NCBI GenBank assembly: GCA_032250835.1
Contig: JAVVEA010000007.1
Coordinates: 80,487 to 144,486 of the forward strand
Length of the DNA: 64,000 nucleotides
Reading direction: 5' to 3'
DNA from: a bacterium
GTDB lineage: Bacteria; SAR324; XYD2-FULL-50-16
Below the pieces are notes generated by a model. That model was given only the letters and a program-made list of their open reading frames with translations, was not told the DNA's origin and did not search any database. Every line of letters starts with the position of its first letter. Position 1 is the first letter of the stretch. Position numbers and translations under genes: made by a program. Shown here piece after piece: positions 27,870 through 37,197 of this stretch.

Positions 27870-30019
27870 GCCCGCCTCTTTGCCCAAGCCAACCATCCCA
27901 GCCCCAAGAACGAGCCCAGTAAGCCCAACCGCCGCAACCAAACGCCCCAGAGGTGTGTTGCGGGTTCAAAGGCAAAGCGTATTTGGTGGTGGCCGGACTC
28001 GAGAGCCAGCCCCTTAAAGGCGAAGTCAGCGCGCAAAATCTCTTGGCGCTGCCCGTTGACCCAGGCCTTCCAGCCAGGATGCCAGCTATCGACCCAAACC
28101 AACCAATTGCGGCAGTTCGGCGGCACCTCGGCATTTAGCGACAGGCCATTGGGGTCAAAGTGGTTGACCTCTAACTGGCCCACCAGGGCACAGCCCTCCG
28201 TAGCGCCGCCTTCAAGCCAAACCTGTTGGTGCAAATCGCTCCGCGCCATCTCTTGGAGTTGGGCCAAGGGGACGGCGTCCGATCCTCCAAGCGGTAAATT
28301 TTGCGCTTGGGCGACCAAGAAAACCGGCGCTCCGTTCGCTAAATCCACCAGCGCCGGTTCGTCTTGATTTTGGGGGTGGATAAATTCGCTCAGGAAGCGG
28401 TTTTCAGGCTTACCGGCCCAGATGGTCTGCGAATGGCTCCAGAGCAAAAAACGCTCGGTGCGGGCCATCGCCGGGGTTACATAGCCCCGCACCACCGCTC
28501 GGTTGTGTAGATTGTGCTGCACGCCACTGACCGCTCGGGGCGTCTGGAAGTAGCGGTCCTTCCGGTCGGCCTCTTGGGCCCAAATCTGGGCGGCACCCCG
28601 CTGGTAATCTTCATAATGGGCCAAAGGGGCGGCGGTCTGGTGGTTCATCAGCCTAAAGACAAAAGCCAACTCTAACACCGTAATCACCACCACCCAGGGC
28701 CGCAAGCGAGACAGACGGCCTTCGAGCCACATCCAGCAGGCCACCGAAAGAATCAAAACCACAAAATAACCGTGCAGTTCCGGGCGCTTGATCAACTCGG
28801 GCTTGGTCATCATCGCTAAGGCAGTGGCCAGCGCCAAAAATCCAAAGAGTACCTTAAAAAGGTGGCGGTCCTTTTCCTCATCTGGGCGCTTCGACAAGAA
28901 GTCTAGCCCTTTGGCTGCAAAAAGCGCCAAGGGTAACCCCAGATAGAGCGCTGTGCGGTGGTGCCAATGCTGGCCCGCATAGCCGGGCAACAGGAGGTAA
29001 AAAAGATCGGCAAAGAGAAAGTAAGAACCGGACCCAAAAAGGATTAAACCACCCAAAAACAGCACCCAACGCCCAGCCTTTTCGGGCCGCGCCGCCGGGA
29101 AGAAGATCGGCACCAGCACCATCAAGTAAAGACCAAAACCAAACCAAGCGGACTGGAAGATTTGATAATCCATGGGGCTAAAAAACCGATCGACTACCGT
29201 CGAGCGGTTCAGCCCGCTCATAGCGTAGGCATAAATCTTTTTGACCCGCTCCGAATAGAGCAACACATGCTGCAATAGCGGCAACAACGCCGGAGCGGCC
29301 AAGAGCACCGCTAAGGCCTGAGCCCCGACGAAGTCCCCCCAAAAGCGCAGGTCCAAGCAACGCGGCCATTGGTAAATCAGCGCCAGCCCAACCAACAGGA
29401 CCGAAACATAATAACAAACCGGCAGGAAGTTGGTGCTGTATAAGACCCCCAAAACCAACCCCAGGTAAAATGCAGCGCGGCGTTGCCCTTTCAGCATCCG
29501 CAACAAAAACAGCACCGCCAGCGGGAACCAAGCGAGCCCGTAAAGCCACTCAAAGCCATCGGTGGCATTCTGGGCGGCGCTCGAAAGGGCCCAGCCCATA
29601 GCCCCAAAGAAGCTGGCTAACGGGCTTAAGCGCTGGTCGCTTAAAAACAAGTAGGCGCTGCCCGCCCCGAGGCTAAAATGCAGCACCACATAGAAGCTAA
29701 AAAGCCGCAGGAAGGCGACGGGGTCTAGGTCGAAAAACCAGCTTAAGATCCAGGCAGGCGGGTAATAGGCTGTGTTACTAATCTGCGCCACCGCCGGGTA
29801 GCCCAAACTGACGTAGGGGTTCCAAAGCGGCTCGATGCCGATGGATAGGTATTTATTGAAGTAGTAGGCCCACCAGTAAGAATAAGAAAGGGTGTCATTG
29901 CGGAAGAGCCAAAGCTCTTCTTTGGGCCCAAAGAAAAAGGGCCAATGGAAGGCCAAGGGGGTCAAGCAAGCAAGCCCCAAAAGCGCAAACCACAAGCCTT
30001 TTGATGGAGTGGGGATCAT
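27866..30019 (-). CDS. YfhO-like polytopic membrane glycosyltransferase (GT-C)
   Basis: PLWNPYVSLGYP, many TM helices, C-terminal WHPGWKAWVNG...G.HQIRFAF.P. Confidence 0.8.
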   Translation of the reverse strand: MIPTPSKGLWFALLGLACLTPLAFHWPFFFGPKEELWLFRNDTLSYSYWWAYYFNKYLSIGIEPLWNPYVSLGYPAVAQISNTAYYPPAWILSWFFDLDPVAFLRLFSFYVVLHFSLGAGSAYLFLSDQRLSPLASFFGAMGWALSSAAQNATDGFEWLYGLAWFPLAVLFLLRMLKGQRRAAFYLGLVLGVLYSTNFLPVCYYVSVLLVGLALIYQWPRCLDLRFWGDFVGAQALAVLLAAPALLPLLQHVLLYSERVKKIYAYAMSGLNRSTVVDRFFSPMDYQIFQSAWFGFGLYLMVLVPIFFPAARPEKAGRWVLFLGGLILFGSGSYFLFADLFYLLLPGYAGQHWHHRTALYLGLPLALFAAKGLDFLSKRPDEEKDRHLFKVLFGFLALATALAMMTKPELIKRPELHGYFVVLILSVACWMWLEGRLSRLRPWVVVITVLELAFVFRLMNHQTAAPLAHYEDYQRGAAQIWAQEADRKDRYFQTPRAVSGVQHNLHNRAVVRGYVTPAMARTERFLLWSHSQTIWAGKPENRFLSEFIHPQNQDEPALVDLANGAPVFLVAQAQNLPLGGSDAVPLAQLQEMARSDLHQQVWLEGGATEGCALVGQLEVNHFDPNGLSLNAEVPPNCRNWLVWVDSWHPGWKAWVNGQRQEILRADFAFKGLALESGHHQIRFAFEPATHLWGVWLRRLGLLGSFLGLGWLAWAKRRA

Positions 30020-30224
30020 AAGTAGCGTCGCGTAACAGGCCGGTTGGCTTGGGTTTCCCTTAAAGTCTTTAGAGGCTTAGTTCAATCACTAACATGCTTC
30101 CTGATGCCGTAGGACTCCGTCAAGAAAGAGCGCCCTAAGGCGGTGTTCCTTAACCACTTTACGCTTACCGTTTACTTCGGTAAGCTCACCAGACTGCGAC
30201 CCGCTGTTCACACTAAGGAGGCTC

Positions 30225-31073
30225 ATGTCCTGGTTCAAACGAATCGCGCCCAAACTACTGCCGACCGACAACAAAAAGAATATCCCCGCCGGGGTTTGGA
30301 TCAAGTGTCCCGAATGCGGCGAGACCCTATACTCCAAAGAGTTGGAGAAAAACGACAAGGTCTGCCTCAACTGCGAATACCACTTCCGCCTCACTGCCGA
30401 AGAACGCATTAGCTTGATGTTAGACGAGGGGAGCTTTGAAGAACTCTTTATGGGCATCCTGCCCAAAGACCCCTTAAAGTTCTCGGACAGCAAAAAATAT
30501 AAAGACCGGATCAAGGCGGCCAACAGCAAGACCAAGCTCGAAGAAGCGGTTACCTGTGGTCAGGGCCGGATGGAAGGCCAACCGGTGATGCTGGGCGTCT
30601 TTAACTTCCGCTATATGGGCGGGTCCATGGGTTCTGTGGTGGGCGAGAAGCTGACCCGGTTGATTGAAGAGGGGCTCAAACGCCGCACCCCAGTGATCAT
30701 CATTTCCGCTTCCGGCGGTGCGCGGATGCAGGAAGGCGCCCTGTCGCTGATGCAGATGGGCAAGACCTCGGCGGCGCTGATGAAGCTACAAAAAGCGGGC
30801 GTCCCCTACATCTCTGTGATGACCGACCCCACCACCGGCGGCGTCTCGGCTAGTTTCGCCATGTTAGGCGACGTGAACATCGCCGAGAAAGGTGCCTTGA
30901 TTGGCTTTGCCGGTCCCAGGGTAATCCAACAAACCATGGGAAAGCCCCTGCCCCAAGGGTTCCAACGGGCCGAGTTTTTGTTGGAGCACGGCGCGGTGGA
31001 CATGGTCTTGGACCGACGCGAAATGAAAACCCGCATTGCCGGGTTGCTTTCGATCCTTTTGCCTCAAAATTAA
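30225..31073 (+). CDS. accD: Acetyl-CoA carboxylase carboxyltransferase beta subunit
   Basis: WIKCPEC...VCLNC zinc ribbon, [30 protein letters not shown]. Confidence 0.97.
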   Translation: MSWFKRIAPKLLPTDNKKNIPAGVWIKCPECGETLYSKELEKNDKVCLNCEYHFRLTAEERISLMLDEGSFEELFMGILPKDPLKFSDSKKYKDRIKAANSKTKLEEAVTCGQGRMEGQPVMLGVFNFRYMGGSMGSVVGEKLTRLIEEGLKRRTPVIIISASGGARMQEGALSLMQMGKTSAALMKLQKAGVPYISVMTDPTTGGVSASFAMLGDVNIAEKGALIGFAGPRVIQQTMGKPLPQGFQRAEFLLEHGAVDMVLDRREMKTRIAGLLSILLPQN

Positions 31074-31116
31074 ATCCTGGGGGCGACGGCCCCTATTTTC
31101 CTCTGGGTTGTCGAAC

Positions 31117-32205
31117 ATGTCTAAAGTCGCGCTGATCACCGGGGTCACCGGTCAGGACGGGGCCTATTTGGCCGAATTGTTGCTAGAAAAGGGCTATGAG
31201 GTCCACGGCCTCAAGCGCCGCGCCTCCTCCTTCAACACCGACCGGATCGACCATCTCTACCAGGACCCCCACGCCAACCAGCGCAAGTTCATCTTACATT
31301 ACGGCGACCTAACCGACTCGACCAACCTGATCCGCTTGGTCCAAGAAATCCAGCCGGACGAGATTTACAACTTAGCCGCCCAGAGCCACGTGGCGGTCTC
31401 CTTTGAGACGCCCGAATACACCGCCAACGCCGATGCCATCGGCACCTTGCGCTTGTTAGAGGCGATCCGGGTTTTAGGCTTAGAGAAAAAGACCCGCTTT
31501 TATCAGGCCAGCACCTCGGAGCTTTACGGCGAAGTGGCCGAAACGCCGCAGCGCGAAACCACGCCCTTCCACCCCCGTTCTCCTTATGGCGTAGCCAAGC
31601 TCTATGGTTACTGGATCACCGTCAACTACCGCGAAGCCTACGGCCTGTTCGCCTGCAACGGGATTTTGTTTAACCATGAATCCCCCCGGCGCGGTGAAAC
31701 CTTTGTGACCCGCAAGATCACCCGCGCTTTGGCGCGCATCCACTTAGGGCTAGAAGACTGCCTCTATCTGGGCAACATGGACGCCAAGCGCGACTGGGGC
31801 CATGCTAAGGACTACGTAGAGGCCATGTGGCGGATGTTGCAACAAGACCAACCCGACGACTTTGTGGTCGCCACGGGGGTGCAGTATTCGGTGCGGCAGT
31901 TTGTTGAAGCCGCCGCCAAGAAGTTGGGTTGGGTGATCCGCTGGGAAGGGAGCGGTGAACAGGAACGGGCGATCCGCCAAGAAAATGACCAAGTGGTGGT
32001 CCAAGTAGACCCCCGCTATTACCGCCCCGCCGAGGTGGAAACCCTTTTGGGCGATCCGGCCAAAGCCAAGGCCATATTGGGCTGGGAGCCGAAGATCGGC
32101 TTTGACCAATTGGTCACCGAGATGGTGACCGAGGATTTGAGGATTGCCCAAAAAGAGCAGCACATCACCCAAGGCGGCTTCGACGCTTACAGCCCGCACG
32201 AATAG
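31117..32205 (+). CDS. gmd: GDP-mannose 4,6-dehydratase
   Basis: [56 protein letters not shown]. Confidence 0.97.
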   Translation: MSKVALITGVTGQDGAYLAELLLEKGYEVHGLKRRASSFNTDRIDHLYQDPHANQRKFILHYGDLTDSTNLIRLVQEIQPDEIYNLAAQSHVAVSFETPEYTANADAIGTLRLLEAIRVLGLEKKTRFYQASTSELYGEVAETPQRETTPFHPRSPYGVAKLYGYWITVNYREAYGLFACNGILFNHESPRRGETFVTRKITRALARIHLGLEDCLYLGNMDAKRDWGHAKDYVEAMWRMLQQDQPDDFVVATGVQYSVRQFVEAAAKKLGWVIRWEGSGEQERAIRQENDQVVVQVDPRYYRPAEVETLLGDPAKAKAILGWEPKIGFDQLVTEMVTEDLRIAQKEQHITQGGFDAYSPHE

Positions 32206-32410
32206 GGGCGGGTTCGCCTTCGCGGAGACAACAGCCCCTCTTTCCAGGCTCAATGGAAGCCCAGAGTTATTGGAAGAATTGAAAAGAAGGGACTTCTTTC
32301 TTTGGCTCGCAAAGAAACGAGCCCTCGCCTTCGCGCCTAAGACCGCCAACGCCTCACTCGCAAGAGTGAACCCAAAAGCCCTACACCGCAAGCGTCGGGT
32401 TTCCGCTGCA
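32206..32410. repeat. Multi-hairpin REP/MITE-like non-coding element
   Basis: Direct repeat TCGCCTTCGCG (32214, 32325); hairpins TTTCTTTG-GCTCG-CAAAGAAA (32297-32317) and TCACTC-GCAA-GAGTGA (32354-32369). Confidence 0.45.
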
Positions 32411-32411
32411 C

Positions 32412-32498
32412 AATAGGTATACTGTCCCCTGATTCCATAAAAATAGGTATACTGTCCCCTGATCCCCCGATTCTGATTCTTCTGATTTTGTCCTCTGA
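32412..32498. repeat. Left cassette-end motifs: two exact 22-bp copies of AATAGGTATACTGTCCCCTGAT plus CTGATTTTGTCCTCTGA
   Basis: Copies at 32412-32433 and 32442-32463 (30-bp period); 17-mer at 32482-32498. Confidence 0.85.
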
Positions 32499-32501
32499 AT
32501 T

Positions 32502-32624
32502 TTTAATCGCCTCCAAGGCCACTTTGGCCTTGAATTCTTTGCTGAAATTCTGCCGTTTCATGACACTCCGTTTTTTGGTTCGGCTCTATCTTAACAAGTT
32601 GTCCAGTTTCTGGGGTCCACTATA
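32502..32624 (-). mobile_element. IS3-family remnant: left end plus first ~20 codons of OrfA
   Basis: End TATAGTGGACCCCAGAAACTGGACA, GGAG RBS, MKRQNFSKEFKAKVALEAIK; then truncated. Confidence 0.75.
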
Positions 32625-32634
32625 GTCCACTATA

Positions 32635-35178
32635 TTATTTCTTGCGTAAATTACTAAGTTCATAGTTGTGTGACCAAATTCTCCAGCCAGAAATTCCTAC
32701 AACCTTCAAAAAGGCGAGTTCAACCTTAATTGGCTTACCTTTCGTTGATTCGTCTATTTCCTTGTCATCAAATTGAAAAAGGTGGGCACTTGTCTCCGAG
32801 TTTATCCGATACACGACAAATATTTCTTCATTCCTATTTTTTACTATGCTTCCTATCTGGATGTTTTGCTTTTTAGATATTTTTTCAAAAGGCAGCAGAG
32901 TGCAAAATTCAATACTCCACTGCTTGATTTTTTCTAACCAAGGACCAAATTCTTCAGATTCATAGTTTCCTTTCACTGAATCCAGGTATTCTTCAATTCG
33001 TGGGTGACAATTCAACCATGGAACAAGCGATAGCAGAACAGCGTGATCAAACAACTCTGCTTCTTCAATTTCCTCCGTGTCCCACCCAGAGTACTCCCGA
33101 TTTTTGACATCGACTTCCCAAGCTAAACAGAGCAATGCTGGGACTAGAAAATACAATTCATCTGGCAAACTATCGTTACCGTCCACGATTTTTTTGAAAC
33201 GCCAGTTACCTGACCTCGAGAACAAGTATTGTATGGCTACACTCAGCAACTCCTTCTGCTGCTCAAAAATATCAAGTTTTGGGTCATCTATAAAGCTTCG
33301 TTGCAGCGTAGCGCGTGAAAGCAGGTGAGCTGCACAGGCCAATATTCCTGCATACCTCTCAACAGTAACGATGTCTTGGTCAGGGTTTTTAAATAAGTTA
33401 GTTTTCAAGCTCCGTACGATATAAGTCGCTTTGTTTGATAGTTGCTCCCGTAGTTGCGTATCGACGGGCTCTAAATCGATTTCATCTGAATCCTCATGTT
33501 TCGTTAAAGCGAGTAATTCCTCCTCATCTACCTCTTGGATTTTAGGTTCAATCTTTCGGTCAGTTAAAAACAGACGAGGTAACATTTCCAAGAGACTTCC
33601 TAAATCACCATGACGAAGATGATTGATGTGGTTGTGACTATCTGGACTTATCTCGTCTTGATAGAAAATTTCCATCGAAGCGGTTTGAACGGGATTTTGC
33701 TTCGGACTTTGACTTGAGGCAGAGTTAGCTTGAGGGCCGCTTTTTATTAGTTTTTGAAACAGATCAAACAAAGGTTGGGGGCTATCTTCACCTAGAAAAA
33801 TTCCTTTGAGTAAACTTTGAATTTTTTTCTCTTGATCTGACATACTTAGGTTTTGTATGTGCCTTACCTCGATCAAAAGCAGTTGCAGGCTTTCTGACTC
33901 AGCGTTGCTGAGTCTAGCGCGTTTCCAGGAAGAGTACGGGATGCCTTCCACACGAAAATGTAGCCTGTCATCCACCAACTCAGATTCAGAAATGAGGAAA
34001 AGTTGATTATCCCATTCGTCCAGCAACTCCAACTTAGAGCCATTTTGCCAAGACTTAGGCACGTTCAGCACACGCAGTTCACCGCCCTCCCTTTGCGCCC
34101 ATAAAAGGCCTCCTGTTGAGCCACTGTCGGCTGTGGGGTTATTCTTCCTCACTTGCGCTCTTTGTGTCGCTGAAAGCTCTGGGCAATCAAATAAATCGTT
34201 TAGCTTCAATTTGTCAGCGAGTTGCTTAGCTAATTCACCCTCATGGACAACGACCGCTTCAGCGTTTCTACCGCCCGTATTAGCTAGCCACGCTGCCGCG
34301 CTTGCATTTGCACTACCGCTAATCAGGAGGTCTTCGTCGTGAGTTGATTGAAAATAAAAAAACTTTGCGTGTTTGAAACAGTTTATTGCCGTATCCCGTA
34401 AATCCACATTATTGGCATCGACAAACATCACCCCATCAGCATCGATTTCATCTACGTCCACTTCACAGACCTCTGGGTCAATCGCCACCGTAAGAGGGCA
34501 TTTGAATTTTTCTCGCAATTGTTTGAGGAATTCTAGATTGCGGTCAAAATATGGGCTAAACACCAAAATCCGGCTGCATTGGAGATTTCTATCCGCCAAA
34601 ACCTGATTCCAAAGGCTAGGGCCATCTGGAGTCGAGTAATAAAAAGGGGGAGATTGATCGGAAAGCAAGTTGGACGCTTGCGGCATTTGCCCCCAAAACT
34701 CGGTCAAAGCGTTTTGTATTGGCAGGGGAATATCGGATTGTAACATCCAAGATTCAGCTAGATTTTGAACATGACCAATGAGTTGTTGGGCAATCGGTTG
34801 ATCGGAAAGTTCAGTGAAAGAGCTTGAAACTTCCAAGTTATGCCCGTATCCCGAAAAGGTTAGGTTATGGCTACCCACATGCAATCGAGTTTGTTTTTTC
34901 CCAAAAAGAAATAGGAGCTTTGGGTGGAAGCTTTGAGCGCAATCGACCGGAATCAATAAATACTCTTTTCCTGCAAGGGTAGGTGCCTGATCTGGATCGG
35001 CTAAAGCCTTAACCAGCTGCCGCCGGTCCATCAGCAATACATTAAACAAGCACCCGCGTCGCTGCAAGCGCTTCAAAATAAAGCGTTCGTAAAAAGGGAA
35101 ATATACGTTGAAGCTAGTTATTAAAGACGATTGGAACGCATGTTCTTCTAGTGATTTAATCAAGGATAGTTCATTCAT
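32635..35178 (-). CDS. Phospholipase D-superfamily (nuclease-like) protein, 847 aa; putative defence effector
   Basis: Two motifs FHPKLL...VGSHNLT and KHAKFF...SGSANAS in the N-terminal ~330 aa; unrecognised C-terminal half; AT-rich. Confidence 0.8.
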   Translation of the reverse strand: MNELSLIKSLEEHAFQSSLITSFNVYFPFYERFILKRLQRRGCLFNVLLMDRRQLVKALADPDQAPTLAGKEYLLIPVDCAQSFHPKLLFLFGKKQTRLHVGSHNLTFSGYGHNLEVSSSFTELSDQPIAQQLIGHVQNLAESWMLQSDIPLPIQNALTEFWGQMPQASNLLSDQSPPFYYSTPDGPSLWNQVLADRNLQCSRILVFSPYFDRNLEFLKQLREKFKCPLTVAIDPEVCEVDVDEIDADGVMFVDANNVDLRDTAINCFKHAKFFYFQSTHDEDLLISGSANASAAAWLANTGGRNAEAVVVHEGELAKQLADKLKLNDLFDCPELSATQRAQVRKNNPTADSGSTGGLLWAQREGGELRVLNVPKSWQNGSKLELLDEWDNQLFLISESELVDDRLHFRVEGIPYSSWKRARLSNAESESLQLLLIEVRHIQNLSMSDQEKKIQSLLKGIFLGEDSPQPLFDLFQKLIKSGPQANSASSQSPKQNPVQTASMEIFYQDEISPDSHNHINHLRHGDLGSLLEMLPRLFLTDRKIEPKIQEVDEEELLALTKHEDSDEIDLEPVDTQLREQLSNKATYIVRSLKTNLFKNPDQDIVTVERYAGILACAAHLLSRATLQRSFIDDPKLDIFEQQKELLSVAIQYLFSRSGNWRFKKIVDGNDSLPDELYFLVPALLCLAWEVDVKNREYSGWDTEEIEEAELFDHAVLLSLVPWLNCHPRIEEYLDSVKGNYESEEFGPWLEKIKQWSIEFCTLLPFEKISKKQNIQIGSIVKNRNEEIFVVYRINSETSAHLFQFDDKEIDESTKGKPIKVELAFLKVVGISGWRIWSHNYELSNLRKK

Positions 35179-36826
35179 TTCGCCATTTTGATAGAATTTG
35201 CTCCGCAGCTAGGGAGATACCAATCATTTGATCACTATTCGTCTCAATCAAACCTAAATCCACTAAAAATTGGCGGGATGGCTCAAAGCGAGGATTGGTA
35301 AAGACCGGGGTAGGTATGCGATCAACGTCAACCAGCAGCCCGAATTCCGTAGGCTTTAAACGGAAGGTATCTTGTCCGTATTGGGCCATTTTGATTAAAG
35401 CTACTTGAAGATGGCAATCTAAGGTCCACCTCGTCAGCAATTCTTTTACCACTTGTTGAAATGTCATTGCAGCCCAATCAACAAATACCAATTTAAGAAA
35501 ATTTCCTAAACTTAAGCTGTATGACCTCCGGTCTTCTAAGCTAAATTGGCTGTCTGCAGGAAGGTTTGTGCTGTTATTCTGCTTTGCCCTGATAGCAATA
35601 GCTAACAACAAATCCAAAGCGGTCTCTAATAGTTGTTCTAACTCCAGATTGCTAGTTAACTCTATCGCCAATTGACACTCATGATTTTTAGCTTGCCATT
35701 CCAGAAGGCCTGGAAGGGTCGGTTCCTCTTCCTCCAAGATCAATGAGAAGGATTTCTGGTCAATATCCTCATACAGTTCTTGCCAGATTTCCTGAGTAAA
35801 CAGCCACTCTGCAAACTGACCGCTATTGCTAAATCGAACGCCTTCGCTTGAGACTGAATCTATGGCGCTTAAAGCAAACTGAAATAGCCCCTGCATTGCC
35901 ATTGCCAGAAGCTCTGACTGCTCGTATAGCGCCCAACCTTCTCGAATTCGTTCCAACGACGATGGAAGATTCCAAGGCTGTTGATCCTGTGTCGCATTGG
36001 CATAACATTGAGCACGAAATGCAAGGGAGGCTAAATTTGGATTTTCGACTTTCGTAGCGCCATCGATCCAGTGGAGGATCAAGCTGAGAGAGGCAGGTCG
36101 GTAGCCCGCGAATGACTTCGCTGAGCTGGCAGTGGTAGCAAAGAGAAGATTAGTTAGCTGCTTTTGCTCAGATGCGCTTTGACGCAGTTGGCAGAAACAG
36201 AAGCTAGCAAGCTGATCTAACCGGTTCAGGTCAAATTCGTCTTTATTAAGTGTCTGGAAAAATAATTCCGAACTTTCATCCGAAGCAAAGCTTTTTGCTA
36301 ACGGGGAAATATTGGAAACAACGCACTTTAGCTTTTTCAGGTCCCCTTCAAAAAAGCCATAGGAAGCAAGTGTAGAAAAGTAATACTGCCCCAACCCGCC
36401 TTTGAGATTCTGAAAATAAGACTTTTCTGCTTTCGGGTCAGCAAAGTGACTCAAGCGCAATGTGTGGTCGCTATCTAACGCATTCAGAGCTGGCCCTAAG
36501 GTATTACTCCCAACCATCGCTTTGATATGCTGCGAAGGAGCAGGTCCGTTACCTGTATGATTATGCCTGTGCGCGATCAGTGTTAAAAGGCATTCAGCAC
36601 GCCGGAGGAAGGTGATCACCTGCGTGTCATCAAGTGCAAACCTTTCGCATGTATGAAATGTATGAAAAAACCAGGGATAAAAAGAGTAATAGCGTAACCG
36701 TTCAGTTACGTTTGTTATGCCAGGGAGGAGTTCGGCATACAAAGCTTTATTGGGAGCTTGCACGCCCAAGTGGTCCAGCCCACCCTTTTCGTACATTGGT
36801 TTTGTCCAGAAAGTATCTTGGTTCAT
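35171..36826 (-). CDS. Hypothetical 551-aa partner of the PLD protein (N-terminus reminiscent of DUF6361-like proteins)
   Basis: GLDHLG...LLPGITNVTERLRYYSFYPW, GGLGQYY, C-terminal FTNPR...FLVDLGLI; 8-bp overlap with the PLD gene. Confidence 0.75.
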   Translation of the reverse strand: MNQDTFWTKPMYEKGGLDHLGVQAPNKALYAELLPGITNVTERLRYYSFYPWFFHTFHTCERFALDDTQVITFLRRAECLLTLIAHRHNHTGNGPAPSQHIKAMVGSNTLGPALNALDSDHTLRLSHFADPKAEKSYFQNLKGGLGQYYFSTLASYGFFEGDLKKLKCVVSNISPLAKSFASDESSELFFQTLNKDEFDLNRLDQLASFCFCQLRQSASEQKQLTNLLFATTASSAKSFAGYRPASLSLILHWIDGATKVENPNLASLAFRAQCYANATQDQQPWNLPSSLERIREGWALYEQSELLAMAMQGLFQFALSAIDSVSSEGVRFSNSGQFAEWLFTQEIWQELYEDIDQKSFSLILEEEEPTLPGLLEWQAKNHECQLAIELTSNLELEQLLETALDLLLAIAIRAKQNNSTNLPADSQFSLEDRRSYSLSLGNFLKLVFVDWAAMTFQQVVKELLTRWTLDCHLQVALIKMAQYGQDTFRLKPTEFGLLVDVDRIPTPVFTNPRFEPSRQFLVDLGLIETNSDQMIGISLAAEQILSKWRNE

Positions 36827-36918
36827 TTTTTCAGACCATATTAATTATTCAATGTTCCACCACGTACTTAGCAGTTTACCTGGAAATTTTCAATTTTAAC
36901 CGCAAATATACGATATAT

Positions 36919-37053
36919 TATAGTGGACCAACCTTTTAAGAACGTTCCCTAGGCGCTCCCTTGTCTGAAGGCAAACACCCATCTCACTCTGCGGCCCAAT
37001 GCCCCTCGTTCGAAAATCAGGGGACAAAATCAGGTGGCAGTATACCGATTTTT
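36919..37053. repeat. Right cassette-end motifs, inverted relative to the left end
   Basis: TATAGTGGACC (36919-36929); TCAGGGGACAAAATCAG (37017-37033, 16/17 to left 17-mer); ATCAGGTGGCAGTATACCGATT (37029-37050, 19/22 to left 22-mer). Confidence 0.8.
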
Positions 37054-37197
37054 GCTCAAATCCAGCGAATTGCGCTGTCATTGAAATCAGGGATTCTGTC
37101 ATCTGATTTATTTAATCTTTATCGACCTAATTAGGTTCGCCCCAACAAGCGGATGCAGCAGTGCTTGGGGGTGTAAAAAAGACAACCTAAGAACCCC

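Noticed and set aside
32412-32463. CRISPR array from the two 22-bp repeats
   Set aside because: Only two copies with an 8-bp spacer and no cas genes.
32337-32561. 74-aa ORF as a real protein
   Set aside because: Chimera of an IS3 OrfA start and translated repeats (GDSIPI twice).
36896-37102. 68-aa ORF as a third gene of the cassette
   Set aside because: Runs through the terminal repeat motifs; no protein-like features.
37139-37197. Integron attC-like start GCCCAACAAGCGGATGCAGC
   Set aside because: No matching GTTRRRY end, no full hairpin and no integrase; at most a fragment.
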